Below are positions 35,976 through 44,986 of a DNA stretch of 64,000 nucleotides, in pieces. Source of the stretch: an uncultured Actinomycetes bacterium (GTDB taxonomy: Bacteria > Actinomycetota > Acidimicrobiia > IMCC26256 > JBBRZM01). How positions within the stretch are numbered: the first letter of the stretch is position 1; every line of letters starts with the position of its first letter. Made by a program: the position numbers and the translations under genes. The notes below the pieces were generated by a model. The model saw nothing but the letters and a program-made list of their open reading frames with translations. It made no database searches and was not told where the DNA came from. The DNA lies in assembly GCA_963813635.1 (NCBI GenBank), contig CAWEZO010000002.1:951265-1015264 (forward strand), in the 5' to 3' direction.

Positions 35976-37229
35976 TCACGCGCGGACCAGACGCACCGGC
36001 AGGTGGCGAATCGTCGTGTGCTTGTTGCTCCTCCCCCACTCCACCGGGCCGGTCGCCTCGATCCCCGAGCAGCGAGGCAGCAACTCCTCGTACATGATGC
36101 GCATCTCGCGCCGCGCCAGCGCGGCACCGAGACAGTGGTGCAGCCCGTGACCGAACGCGAGATGGGCGTTGGGTTGGCGTGTCGCGTCGAAGCGGAACGG
36201 AGCGTCGAACACGTCCTCGTCGCGATTCGCCGACGAGTACCAGTGCGTCGTCTTCTCCCCTGCCCGGATCATCTGACCGTGAAGCTCCACGTCGCGGGTC
36301 GCGGTGCGCCGGTTGTACGCGGTGGGACTCGTCCACCGCAGCATCTCCTCGACGGCCGTCGGCAGCAGCCCGCGGTCGCCCCGTAAGCGCGCCAGCTCGT
36401 CGGGATGTTGGAGCAGCGCGAGCAACCCGCCCGCGATCGCGTTGCGCGTCGTCTCGCTTCCGGCCACGAACAGCAGCGAGAAGAACGCCTGGAGCTCGTC
36501 GACTGACATCGCCTCGACGGCGCCGCCATCGGCGTCCGCGGTTGCGTGCACCACGGTGCTGAACATGTCGTCGGCCGGGTGTTCACGCTTCTCGGCGATG
36601 AGCGCGTCGGCGTAGACACGCATGCCGATCGCGGCCTCGAGCATCCGGTCGCTCGTGCCGGCGAGGTCGCGGTCGGAGTAATCGGTGATGACCGTCGTCC
36701 ACTCGAACAGCTGGTGCCGGTCGGCCTGGGAGACACCCATGATCTGCGCGATCGTCTGGAGCGGCAGCTCGGCGGCGACGTCGACGAGGAAGTCGACCTC
36801 ACGACGCTCGAGCGCCGCATCGACGATCGCGCGATTACGGGCGCGCAACCACTCGTCGAGCGCGTCGATCGCACGCGGCGTGAACGCGCGGTTGACGAGT
36901 CCACGGATCTTCGTGTGCTCGGGTGGGTCCGACATGTTGATCATCACGCCGGTCGCGATCCCGGGTGGCAGATCCTCGAGGATCGTGCCGCCGCCGGTGC
37001 GGCCCGGGCCGGTCTCCGACGAGAACGTGGCCGCGTCGCGCAGCACGTCGAGCACGTCGGCATGGCGGCTGATCACCCAGAAGCCTTCGCCGTCGGGCGT
37101 GTGCGCAGTGGGCTGGTGCCACCAGACCGGCGCTTCGCGTCGCAGCATGGTGAACGCGTCGTGCGGAAAACCCCCGGCAAAGCGATCGAGGTCGGTCAGG
37201 TCGATCAAATCAAGCCCGGTTTCAGTCAT
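35976..37229 (-). CDS. cytochrome P450
   Basis: Start at ATG 37229 (MTETGLDLIDL...). 417 aa. The I-helix is FVAGSETT, followed by EEMLRW (ExxR), and the heme loop is FGHGLHHCLGAALAR. The start overlaps the stop of the upstream CoA-transferase by 8 nt. Confidence 0.9.
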   Translation of the reverse strand: MTETGLDLIDLTDLDRFAGGFPHDAFTMLRREAPVWWHQPTAHTPDGEGFWVISRHADVLDVLRDAATFSSETGPGRTGGGTILEDLPPGIATGVMINMSDPPEHTKIRGLVNRAFTPRAIDALDEWLRARNRAIVDAALERREVDFLVDVAAELPLQTIAQIMGVSQADRHQLFEWTTVITDYSDRDLAGTSDRMLEAAIGMRVYADALIAEKREHPADDMFSTVVHATADADGGAVEAMSVDELQAFFSLLFVAGSETTRNAIAGGLLALLQHPDELARLRGDRGLLPTAVEEMLRWTSPTAYNRRTATRDVELHGQMIRAGEKTTHWYSSANRDEDVFDAPFRFDATRQPNAHLAFGHGLHHCLGAALARREMRIMYEELLPRCSGIEATGPVEWGRSNKHTTIRHLPVRLVRA

Positions 37230-38455
37230 GTGCCGCTCCGAACGCGCCGGCAGCGGCGAGGCGGGCAACTGCGCCGGCGTCGTAGCCGAGCAGGTCATGC
37301 AGGATCGCGTCCGCATCTTCATCGCGCCGCGGGGCGCGGCGGTGCGAGGCGCGCCGCTCGCCGACGCGGACCGGGCCGGCGACCTGGCGCACCGTGCCCC
37401 ACGCGGGATGGTCGGTCTCGACGACGAGGCCGCGCGCCTGGGTCTGCGGGTCGGTAAGGGCCGCGGCAACGTCGTTGACCGGCCCGCACGGCACGCCGGC
37501 CGCGGTCAACACGTCGAGCCAGTGTGACGTCGACTCGCGGCGGAGCGCGTCGGCGATGATCCCGAGCACCTCGCCCCGATGCTCGTGCCGGTCGGCGAAC
37601 GTCGCGAATCGGGGGTCGGTCGCCAGTTCGGGACGGCCGAGCGCCTCGGGCAGCGGACGCCAGAACTTCTCCTTCGGGCAGGCGACCACGATCCAGCCGT
37701 CCGCGGTCTGAAAGTTCTGGAACGGCACGAGCGTCGGATGCGCGGACTGTGCCGTGCGCACCGGCTCGAACCCGGCCGTCAGGTGCCACACCGCGGGATA
37801 CGAGAGCATCGCGATCGCGGTGTCGAACAGCGACACGTCGCAGTCGGTGCCGACGCCGTCGCGTCGCGCCGGCGTGGACCCCCGCGAGCAGTGCACATGC
37901 GGCCGCGAGCCCGCCGGAGAAGTCGACGAGCGACAGCCCCGACTTCGTGGGCGGCCCGTCGGGCTCGCCGGTGAGGCTCATCCAGCCCGCCATCCCCTGC
38001 AAGATGTAGTCGTATCCGGGTTCGGCCGCGCGCGGCCCGGTCATCCCGAAGCCCGACAGCGAACAGCACACGATCGCCGCGTTGACGGGCGCGAGGTCGT
38101 CGTAGCGGATGCGCAGACGCGCCGGCACGTCGCCGCGCAGGTTGGAGTAGACCGCGTCGGAGACTCGCACGAGCTTTTCGAATACCTCACGGCCCGCCGG
38201 CACCGACAGGTCAAGGCTCACGCTGCGCTTGTTTCGATTGAACGCCTCGAAGAAGAGGTTGTCGCCGTCTTCGTCGCCCTGCGCGTACGGCGGCACCGAT
38301 CGACCGACGTCACCGCCGGTGCCCGGGTCTTCGATCTTGATCACGTCGGCGCCGAGATCGGCCAGCTGCATCGAACCGAACGGCCCGGCGCCGAACTGCT
38401 CCACTGCGATGATCCGGACGTCTTCGAGCGGCAGTCGGCGCCCGCCTTCGGTCAC
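37222..38455 (-). pseudogene. CoA-transferase family III (CaiB/BaiF) protein, one frameshift
   Basis: Joins track ORFs 37319..38551 (from GTG 38455: LEDVRIIAVEQFGAGPFGSMQLADLGADVIKIE...) and 37222..37896 (ARRDGVGTDCDVSLFDTA...). There is an extra G near 37870. The corrected length is 410 aa. Confidence 0.8.
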
Positions 38456-39604
38456 GACTTGGCGTTGTACACGTCGGGCCCGAAGCACTTGAGTCCCGGC
38501 GCCCCCGCGAAACCGAGGTGACTGAGGCCGAACAGGTCCTCCATGCTGCACAGCAACGCGTAGTGGTTGTACGGCGTCGCGTTGGTGCTCGCGGCCTTCA
38601 CGAACGGCGACAGCACCACGGCACCAATTCGTCCCCCGCCCGGCGTCGGCACGTTGGGCGACGGCGGCGTGTTACAGCAAGCGGACGAATCGTCGAGCTC
38701 GGCCTCGTCGAACGTGATGATCAGCAGGCCGCTCTGCTTGTACGCGGGCGACGCCAGGATCTTCGGCACCCACTGCTTGAGCCACGTGTCGGCCGACGCG
38801 AGCCCGCCGGGCTGGCCGTCGACACACGGCGCGTCGTGGCCGTCGTGACACAGGTTGGGGCTGATGTACACGAGGTTCGGTGTGCTCGCGGCCGATGAGA
38901 GGTCGGTTTCGAGACGATCGAGCCCGACCGCGTTCTTCTTGCAAGCCGGCGAATCGATGATGGAGTGGAAATAGACGAACGGGTTGTGCCGCGTTCGCGT
39001 ACTGGTCACCCTTCCGGGCGAGGATGGTCGGGTCGGCCTCGCCGATCGGCGGGTGGCGGCACGTCTTCGGCTCGGTCGCGGAGTTGCCCATGTCTTCCTG
39101 GTAGGTGCGCCAGGTACGACCCTTCGCGGTGAGCTGGTCGGCGACGGTCTTCACCGACGCGGGGTACACGCAACCGTTGCCGAGCGCTTGACCGAGCTCA
39201 CCGGTGCCGGTGCTCTTGAAGTCGGTGTAGGTGATGCAGTCGGCTCGCGTCGCCGGGTCGGGCGCCTGGCCGCTGATCTGGGCGATGTAGTTGCCGAGCG
39301 ACACGTGCGCGATGCCGAAGTACTGCGTGAGCAGCTCGCCCTGCGCGGTGAGGGTCTTGGAGAGGTACGGCGCGGGCGAGCTCGGGCCCCACGTCTGGTC
39401 GTAGTTCTTGTTCTCGAGGTTGATGACGAAGACGTGCTGGATCTTCGGCGCCGCGGTCTTCGTCGATGACGTCGTCGTCGAGGCAGCAGACTTGGACGAC
39501 GACGTCGGCTGCTTCGCCTTGCTCGACCCACCCGATGAGCACGCCGCGGCTGCGAGCGCGATCGCCGCCGCGATCACGCAGGTCGATCGGCCCCGTGCCC
39601 TCAT
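38452..39604 (-). pseudogene. secreted phosphoesterase-family lipoprotein (PLC/acid-phosphatase type), one frameshift
   Basis: The lipobox is IALAAAACSSG. Motifs are HVFVINLENKNYDQTWG, then (after an extra A near 38992) TRHNPFVYFHS and PNLCHDGHD. Joins ORFs 38672..39604 and 38452..39009. The stop overlaps the GTG of the CoA-transferase. Confidence 0.75.
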
Positions 39605-39653
39605 GGTCGCCCTCGCCTTCGTCGTGGACTCTGCTTTCTAGCCTCGATGACGC

Positions 39654-39950
39654 TTGTCCGTCATCCGCGGGTTCGCCGACATCGGGCGCTATAGATTCAC
39701 ATCCGTGCAGGAGAAGGTGCTCTTCGGGATCGGCTATCCGGTGGCGATCGTCGTGATCTCGCGGTGGATCCCGGTCGTGCGGGAGCGTCGCACCACCTGG
39801 TTCGTGGCCCACGAGCTCGCGGTGGCGGCCATCGTCGCCGGCTGGGTGTTGCGCCGCCGCACGCAGGGCGTCGTCGTCAACGGCTCGTGGCTCGCGATCG
39901 CGGCCGCGTGGTACACGATCGCAGGCGTGCGCCGGCAGCGCCAGGATTGA
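39654..39950 (+). CDS. hypothetical small membrane protein (3 TM)
   Basis: 98-aa track ORF with hydrophobic segments and host-like codon bias. No recognised domain. The start is uncertain. Confidence 0.4.
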   Translation: MSVIRGFADIGRYRFTSVQEKVLFGIGYPVAIVVISRWIPVVRERRTTWFVAHELAVAAIVAGWVLRRRTQGVVVNGSWLAIAAAWYTIAGVRRQRQD

Positions 39951-39956
39951 GCCCGC

Positions 39957-40006
39957 GAACTTGCGTCAACAGCCGGTGTCACATCCCGGTTCTCGACGCA
40001 AGAATG
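39957..40006. repeat. palindromic intergenic repeat, family B, copy 2 (inverted, left arm shortened)
   Basis: ...CTTGCGTCAACAGCCGGTGTCACATCCCGGTTCTCGACGCAAGAATG. It matches the reverse complement of copy 1 and lies between convergent genes (39950 / 40022). Confidence 0.75.
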
Positions 40007-40021
40007 AATTGTGGACCGCGG

Positions 40022-42205
40022 TCACACCGGTTCGGGTGTGCGCTCCTCGCTCACCACTGCCGGCGCCGCCGAGGCTGCGCCCTCCACGTGCACGTTCGGC
40101 AGCAGGCGATCGAGCCAGCGTGGCAGCCACCAGTTGGCGTTGCCGAGCAGCTCCATCGTCGACGGCACGAGCACCATCCGTACCAGCGTCGCGTCGACGA
40201 ACACCGCAACGGAGAGACCGACGCCCATGAGCTTGAGCACCCGGAGGTCGCTGAGCGCGAACGAGAGGAACACCGCGATCATGATCGCGGCGGCCGCGGT
40301 GATGACACGCGCGGTTGCAGCAAGGCCGTCCGCGACGGCCTCTGCGTTGTCGCCGCTCTTCAAGTACTCCTCCCGGATGCGTGAGATGAGGAACACCTCG
40401 TAGTCCATGGAGAGGCCGAAGAGGATCGCGAACAGCATCATCGGCACCCAGGCCTCGATGGGCCCCCTCTCGATCCCGAAGAAGTCTTTGAACCAGCCCC
40501 ACTGGAACACGGCCACGATCACGCCGTACGCGGCGCCGACCGACAGGAGGTTCATGATTGCGGCCTTCAACGCGACGAGCAGCGAGCGGAACACCGTCAT
40601 CAGCAGCAGGAACGACAGGACGATCACCGCGCCGATGAAGAACGGCAGCCGGTCGGCGATCCGAGTGCTGAAATCGAGAGTGATCGCGGTATCTCCACCG
40701 ACGTTGACCACCGCGCCGGTGCCTTTGATGGCATTCGGCACGACGTCGTTGCGCAGGTGATGCACGAGGTTGTCGGTGCGCACGTCTTGTGGCGACGTCG
40801 TGGGATACACGGTGATGATGGCCGCGTCGCCCTTCGGGTTGACGCGCGGCGCTTTGACCGACGCGACACCCTTGGTGCCCTCGAGCGCGTTGCCCAGCCG
40901 GTCGACCACGCCCGAGGAACCTGAGTGCCGCAGGTCGGCGGCAACCACGAGCGGTCCGTTGAATCCCGGACCGAATCCCTTCGACGTGAGGTCGTAGGCG
41001 TGGCGCGTGGTCTGTGACGGCAGGTCGTTACCCGCGTCGGCGGTACCGAAGTGGAGCGACAACATCGGAACGGCCAGCACCAGGAGCACGATCAGCGCGA
41101 GCAAGCCCGCGACCCAGGGGTGGCGCTGCACCTCACGGCTCCACCGGTACGCGAGCGTCTCGCGGTGATTTCCCTCACGACGGTGGAAGAACGGCACCCG
41201 GAACTTGTCGATGCCGCGGCCGGTGAAGCCGAGCATCGACGGTAGCAGCGTGATCGCGGCGAGCATCGTCATGAGCACGGCAGCCGACGCGCCGAGCGCG
41301 AGGCCGTTCAAGAACGAGAAGCGCATGAAGAACATGCCCAGCAGCGAGATGATGACGGTGGTGCCGGCGAACAGCACCGCGCGACCGGCAGTCGTCGCGG
41401 CTTCGATCGTCGCGTCGAGTGGCGTCTTGCCGCTGCTGAGCCCGCCGCGATACCGGGTCACGATGAACAGCGCGTAGTCGATGCCGACACCGAGCCCGAC
41501 CATTGCCGCGACCTGGGGGGCGAACTCCGGCACTTTCACAACATGCGCGAGGAGCTCCACGATCGCGAGACCGATACCGATGCCGGTGACCGCGATGAGA
41601 ATCGGCAGACCCATCGCGAGCACCGAGCCGAACGCGATGAGCAGGATGATGACCGCGGCGATGAGCCCGATGACTTCGGTGCCGCCGGGCGGGGCGCTCT
41701 CGCCACGCTGGATCACGAATCCGCCGGCCTCCACTTGGAGGCCGGAGTGGTTCGCGGCCTTGACCGCGTCGATGTACTTGACGATCTGCGCCTTGGACGG
41801 AACGCTGGCCTGCACGTCGAGCTGCACCGTGGCGACGGCAATCTTGCCGTCTGGTGCGATCTGGCGTTCGCCGCCCGGCGCGTACGGGCTTTGCACGTCC
41901 TTGATGTGCTCGAGGCCCTTCAAGCGCACAAAGAGCTTCTCCATGTCGGTCTTCACCGCAGGATTCGCGACACCCGCGGGCGCGCGGTAGACGACATCGA
42001 ACGTGTCGCCCGCCCTCGCCGGAAAGCGGGTCTTCAACATGTCGATGGCCTTCTGCGACTCCGCGCCCGGCAAGCTGAAGCTGCGGTTGTACTCGCCACC
42101 GACGGTCTTGCCGAGCACGACCATGATGATGAAGGCAACGATCCACGCCACGAGCACGAGGCGCCGGCGGCGGTGACACCAACGGGTCAAAGCTTCGAGC
42201 GACAT
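40022..42205 (-). CDS. MMPL family RND-type transporter
   Basis: Start at ATG 42205 after GAAGGAG (MSLEALTRWCHRRRRLVLVAW...). 727 aa. It has two 6-TM bundles with large extracytoplasmic loops, and the typical MMPL sequence ...GVGIDYALFIVTRY... and ...GLSMDYEVFLISRIRE.... Confidence 0.9.
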   Translation of the reverse strand: MSLEALTRWCHRRRRLVLVAWIVAFIIMVVLGKTVGGEYNRSFSLPGAESQKAIDMLKTRFPARAGDTFDVVYRAPAGVANPAVKTDMEKLFVRLKGLEHIKDVQSPYAPGGERQIAPDGKIAVATVQLDVQASVPSKAQIVKYIDAVKAANHSGLQVEAGGFVIQRGESAPPGGTEVIGLIAAVIILLIAFGSVLAMGLPILIAVTGIGIGLAIVELLAHVVKVPEFAPQVAAMVGLGVGIDYALFIVTRYRGGLSSGKTPLDATIEAATTAGRAVLFAGTTVIISLLGMFFMRFSFLNGLALGASAAVLMTMLAAITLLPSMLGFTGRGIDKFRVPFFHRREGNHRETLAYRWSREVQRHPWVAGLLALIVLLVLAVPMLSLHFGTADAGNDLPSQTTRHAYDLTSKGFGPGFNGPLVVAADLRHSGSSGVVDRLGNALEGTKGVASVKAPRVNPKGDAAIITVYPTTSPQDVRTDNLVHHLRNDVVPNAIKGTGAVVNVGGDTAITLDFSTRIADRLPFFIGAVIVLSFLLLMTVFRSLLVALKAAIMNLLSVGAAYGVIVAVFQWGWFKDFFGIERGPIEAWVPMMLFAILFGLSMDYEVFLISRIREEYLKSGDNAEAVADGLAATARVITAAAAIMIAVFLSFALSDLRVLKLMGVGLSVAVFVDATLVRMVLVPSTMELLGNANWWLPRWLDRLLPNVHVEGAASAAPAVVSEERTPEPV

Positions 42206-42302
42206 GCTCACTCCTTCGGGGGAGGGAAGGATGGAGGTGGGCGGGTGCGCCATCTTCGTCCACGCAGTCGAACCGCCGTCAATCGTGCAGTCTTCCCGCA
42301 CG

Positions 42303-42818
42303 ATGACCTTCGTCACACACGAGGAGGGACCGGTGACCGAACCACGGGCGGACCGGCCGCACATGCCGGAGTATGGGATCGCCGGACCCGACGAGGGTGA
42401 CGGGTTGCTGTCATGGTCGTGGGCGCGCGACCGGCTCGCCGCCGCGCACGATTACTGGGTGGCCACGGTGAGTCGCGACGGCGTGCCGCACGCGATGCCG
42501 GTCTGGGGTCTCTGGCGGGATGACTGCTTCTTCTTCAGCACCGGCGGCGAGTCACGCAAAGCGCGCAACTTGTCGACGAATGCACGCTGTGTCGTGCACA
42601 CCGAGAACGGGCCCGACCCGGTCGTTGTCGAAGGGTCGGCAACTCGCGTCGCGGACCCGACCGAGCTGCGCCCGCTTCTCGAGGCGTTCGAGGCCAAGTA
42701 CACGGAGCCGGTACCCGACCCCGACAACAATCCGGTCTTCCGGTTGCAGCCACGGCGGGCCTTCGGATGGACGAAGGCGTTCCCCGACTCGGCGACACGC
42801 TGGTCGTTCGACGCGTAA
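42303..42818 (+). CDS. pyridoxamine 5'-phosphate oxidase (PPOX)-fold family protein
   Basis: Real part of track ORF 42204..42818. Contains YWVATVSRDGVPHAMPVWGLWRDDCFFFSTGGESRKARNL. The start is ATG 42303 or 42363. Confidence 0.7.
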   Translation: MTFVTHEEGPVTEPRADRPHMPEYGIAGPDEGDGLLSWSWARDRLAAAHDYWVATVSRDGVPHAMPVWGLWRDDCFFFSTGGESRKARNLSTNARCVVHTENGPDPVVVEGSATRVADPTELRPLLEAFEAKYTEPVPDPDNNPVFRLQPRRAFGWTKAFPDSATRWSFDA

Positions 42819-42827
42819 GCCCGAGAG

Positions 42828-42873
42828 CGTTTGTGCAATCAGGTGCCCTATAGGGGCACCGATTGCACAAACG
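42828..42873. repeat. 46-bp palindromic intergenic repeat, family A, copy 2
   Basis: CGTTTGTGCAATCAGGTGCCCTATAGGGGCACCGATTGCACAAACG, between convergent genes (42818 / 42884). Confidence 0.9.
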
Positions 42874-42883
42874 GTGGGTTGGG

Positions 42884-43342
42884 CTAGGTGAGGTAGCGGC
42901 TCACGGTGTCGACGACGGCCGCGGGCTTCTCCGAACCCTCGAGCTCGATCGTCACCCGTGTCACCACTTGCACACCACCCGGCACCTCGGTCGCCGAGAG
43001 CAGCTGGCCCCGACCACGCACACGCGACCCGACCGGCACCGGTGCGGGAAAACGCACGCGGTCGACGCCGTAGTTGAGGCCCATGGTGATCCCGTGCACC
43101 ACCGCGATCTGGGGCAGGAACATGCCCGCGAGCGACATCGTGAGATAGCCGTGCGCGATCGGCGTGCCGAACGGCCCTTGCTTCGCGCGTTCGACGTCGG
43201 TGTGGATCCACTGACGATCGCCGGTCGCGTCGGCGAACTGATTGATCTGCTCCTGAGTGATCTCGACCCAATCACTGGTGCCGAGCTCCTGACCGGCTGC
43301 GCCGAGAAGCTCTTTCGGAGAACCGAAGACGGTGGGCGGCAT
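42884..43342 (-). CDS. MaoC-like dehydratase (hotdog fold)
   Basis: 152 aa. Motifs INQFADATGDRQWIHTDVERAKQGPFGTPIAHGYL.... Confidence 0.85.
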   Translation of the reverse strand: MPPTVFGSPKELLGAAGQELGTSDWVEITQEQINQFADATGDRQWIHTDVERAKQGPFGTPIAHGYLTMSLAGMFLPQIAVVHGITMGLNYGVDRVRFPAPVPVGSRVRGRGQLLSATEVPGGVQVVTRVTIELEGSEKPAAVVDTVSRYLT

Positions 43343-43388
43343 GCGCCGGTTGTAGCAGACAACCCGGCGACCGACACCCCCAAACGCG

Positions 43389-43441
43389 CGTTCACTCGAG
43401 GCATTCTCAGCAAATACCTGGTGAAATCCTCGAGTAAACGA
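43389..43441. repeat. palindromic intergenic repeat, family C, copy 1
   Basis: CGTTCACTCGAGG CATTCTCAGCAAATACCTGGTGAAAT CCTCGAGTAAACGA. A second copy is at 47270-47322 with the centre in opposite orientation. Confidence 0.8.
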
Positions 43442-43464
43442 GAAAGGCGCGAGCGAAGGAGCCG

Positions 43465-44172
43465 CTAGCGCAGGGAGCGGGCGAAGTGGTCGAGGGTGCG
43501 CTGCCAGGCGTCGGTGGCGGACGGCTCGTGATACGCGTCGCGCTCGTCGCAGTTGAACCCGTGGGCGGCCTCGGTATATCGCACGATCTCGGTCGGCACA
43601 CCGGCGGTCGCGGTGGCCACGCGCAGACGCTCGACCTCGTCCGGAGGAATGCCCTGATCGAGGTCGCCGTAGAGCCCGAGCCAGGGAGTCTGAAGCTGTG
43701 CCGCGACCTCAATCTGCGGAGGGAAGCCGAAGCGGCCCTGGGTGATGCCACCGCCGTAGAACGTGACTGCGGCGCCGAATGAACGGCGCACCGCGGTGTA
43801 GAACGCGACGCTGCCGCCCATGCAGAAGCCGATGATGCCGCAGTTCGTCGCGGCGAAGCCCTTGCCCGCGAGAAAGTCGAACGCCGCGTCGATGTCGGTT
43901 GCGATGCCGTCGGCGGTCAACGACTTCGCCAACGGCACCACCGCCTCCATGTCGCCGTACGACAATGCCGGCGAGCCCTCACGATGGAACAACGCCGGCG
44001 CGACCGCCGTGAAGCCGGCCGCGGCGAGTCGCCGGCAGATGTCTTCGATGTGCGACGTGAGACCGAATGCCTCCTGCACCACGACGATCGCGCCCGTGAC
44101 GTCATCGGTCGGCGCCGCGACGTAGGCGGGCATCTCGCCATCGGTCGTCGACAGCATGACGAGCTCGGCCAT
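43465..44172 (-). CDS. dienelactone hydrolase family protein
   Basis: Start at ATG 44172 (MAELVMLSTTDGEMPAYVAAP...). 235 aa with the DLH pattern VVVQEAFGL, GFCMGG and ...HGF.... Confidence 0.85.
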   Translation of the reverse strand: MAELVMLSTTDGEMPAYVAAPTDDVTGAIVVVQEAFGLTSHIEDICRRLAAAGFTAVAPALFHREGSPALSYGDMEAVVPLAKSLTADGIATDIDAAFDFLAGKGFAATNCGIIGFCMGGSVAFYTAVRRSFGAAVTFYGGGITQGRFGFPPQIEVAAQLQTPWLGLYGDLDQGIPPDEVERLRVATATAGVPTEIVRYTEAAHGFNCDERDAYHEPSATDAWQRTLDHFARSLR

Positions 44173-44182
44173 GGGCGTGCTC

Positions 44183-44986
44183 CTAGGTGACGCGGCGGTA
44201 ACGGATGATGGCGAGTGGGGCGAAGATCGCCACGATCGCGACGATCCACACGATCGCCGCCATGACCTTCGACGCAGTAGGGCCACCGAGCGTCAACGCG
44301 CGCACCGCGTCGACTACGACCGACACCGGCTGATGCTCTGCGAATGCCTGCAACCAACTGGGCATCGTGGCGGGCCGCACGAACGCCGACGAAGCGAACA
44401 CCAGTGGCGCGAGGATCGGGAACGACACCGCCTGGGCGGTCTCACCGTCCGGAGAGAAGAGCCCGACGACGCCGAACATCCATGACAGCGAGTAGGCGAA
44501 CGCAAGGAGGAGGAGCAGAGCGGCCAGGAGGCCGGCGAAGTCGGTGCTGATGCGCCACCCGACCGCGAATCCGACGACGCACATCAACAGGACCACGAAC
44601 ACGTTTCGGAACAGGTCGGCAAGCGTGCGGCCGCTCAGCACCGCGGAGCGGGCCATGGGCAACGAACGGAATCGCTCGATCAGGCCCTTCTTGAGGTCGT
44701 CGGCGAGCCCGACTCCGGTATTGAGCGCGCCGAACGTGATCGTCTGCACGAAGATGCCGGGCATCAGATAATCGATGTAGGGCACGCCGGGGATCTTGAT
44801 CGCGCCGCCGAAGACATAGGTGAACATCAGCACGAAGACGACGGGCTGGATGGTCGCGAAGACCAGCAGTCGCGGGTTGCGCCGCAGGTTCAGCAAGTTA
44901 CGCCAGGTGATCGTGAGCGCATCGCTCACGACGTGCGGACGCTCGTCGCGCACGCCCGATGAGATCGCCGGAACGAAGCTCGTCAC
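44183..44986 (-). CDS. ABC-2 type transporter permease (DrrB-like)
   Basis: 267 aa, 6 TM, with typical ABC-2 N-terminus ...TWRNLLNLRRNPRLLVFATIQPVVFVLMF. The GTG start overlaps the ATPase stop (GTGA). Confidence 0.85.
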   Translation of the reverse strand: MTSFVPAISSGVRDERPHVVSDALTITWRNLLNLRRNPRLLVFATIQPVVFVLMFTYVFGGAIKIPGVPYIDYLMPGIFVQTITFGALNTGVGLADDLKKGLIERFRSLPMARSAVLSGRTLADLFRNVFVVLLMCVVGFAVGWRISTDFAGLLAALLLLLAFAYSLSWMFGVVGLFSPDGETAQAVSFPILAPLVFASSAFVRPATMPSWLQAFAEHQPVSVVVDAVRALTLGGPTASKVMAAIVWIVAIVAIFAPLAIIRYRRVT

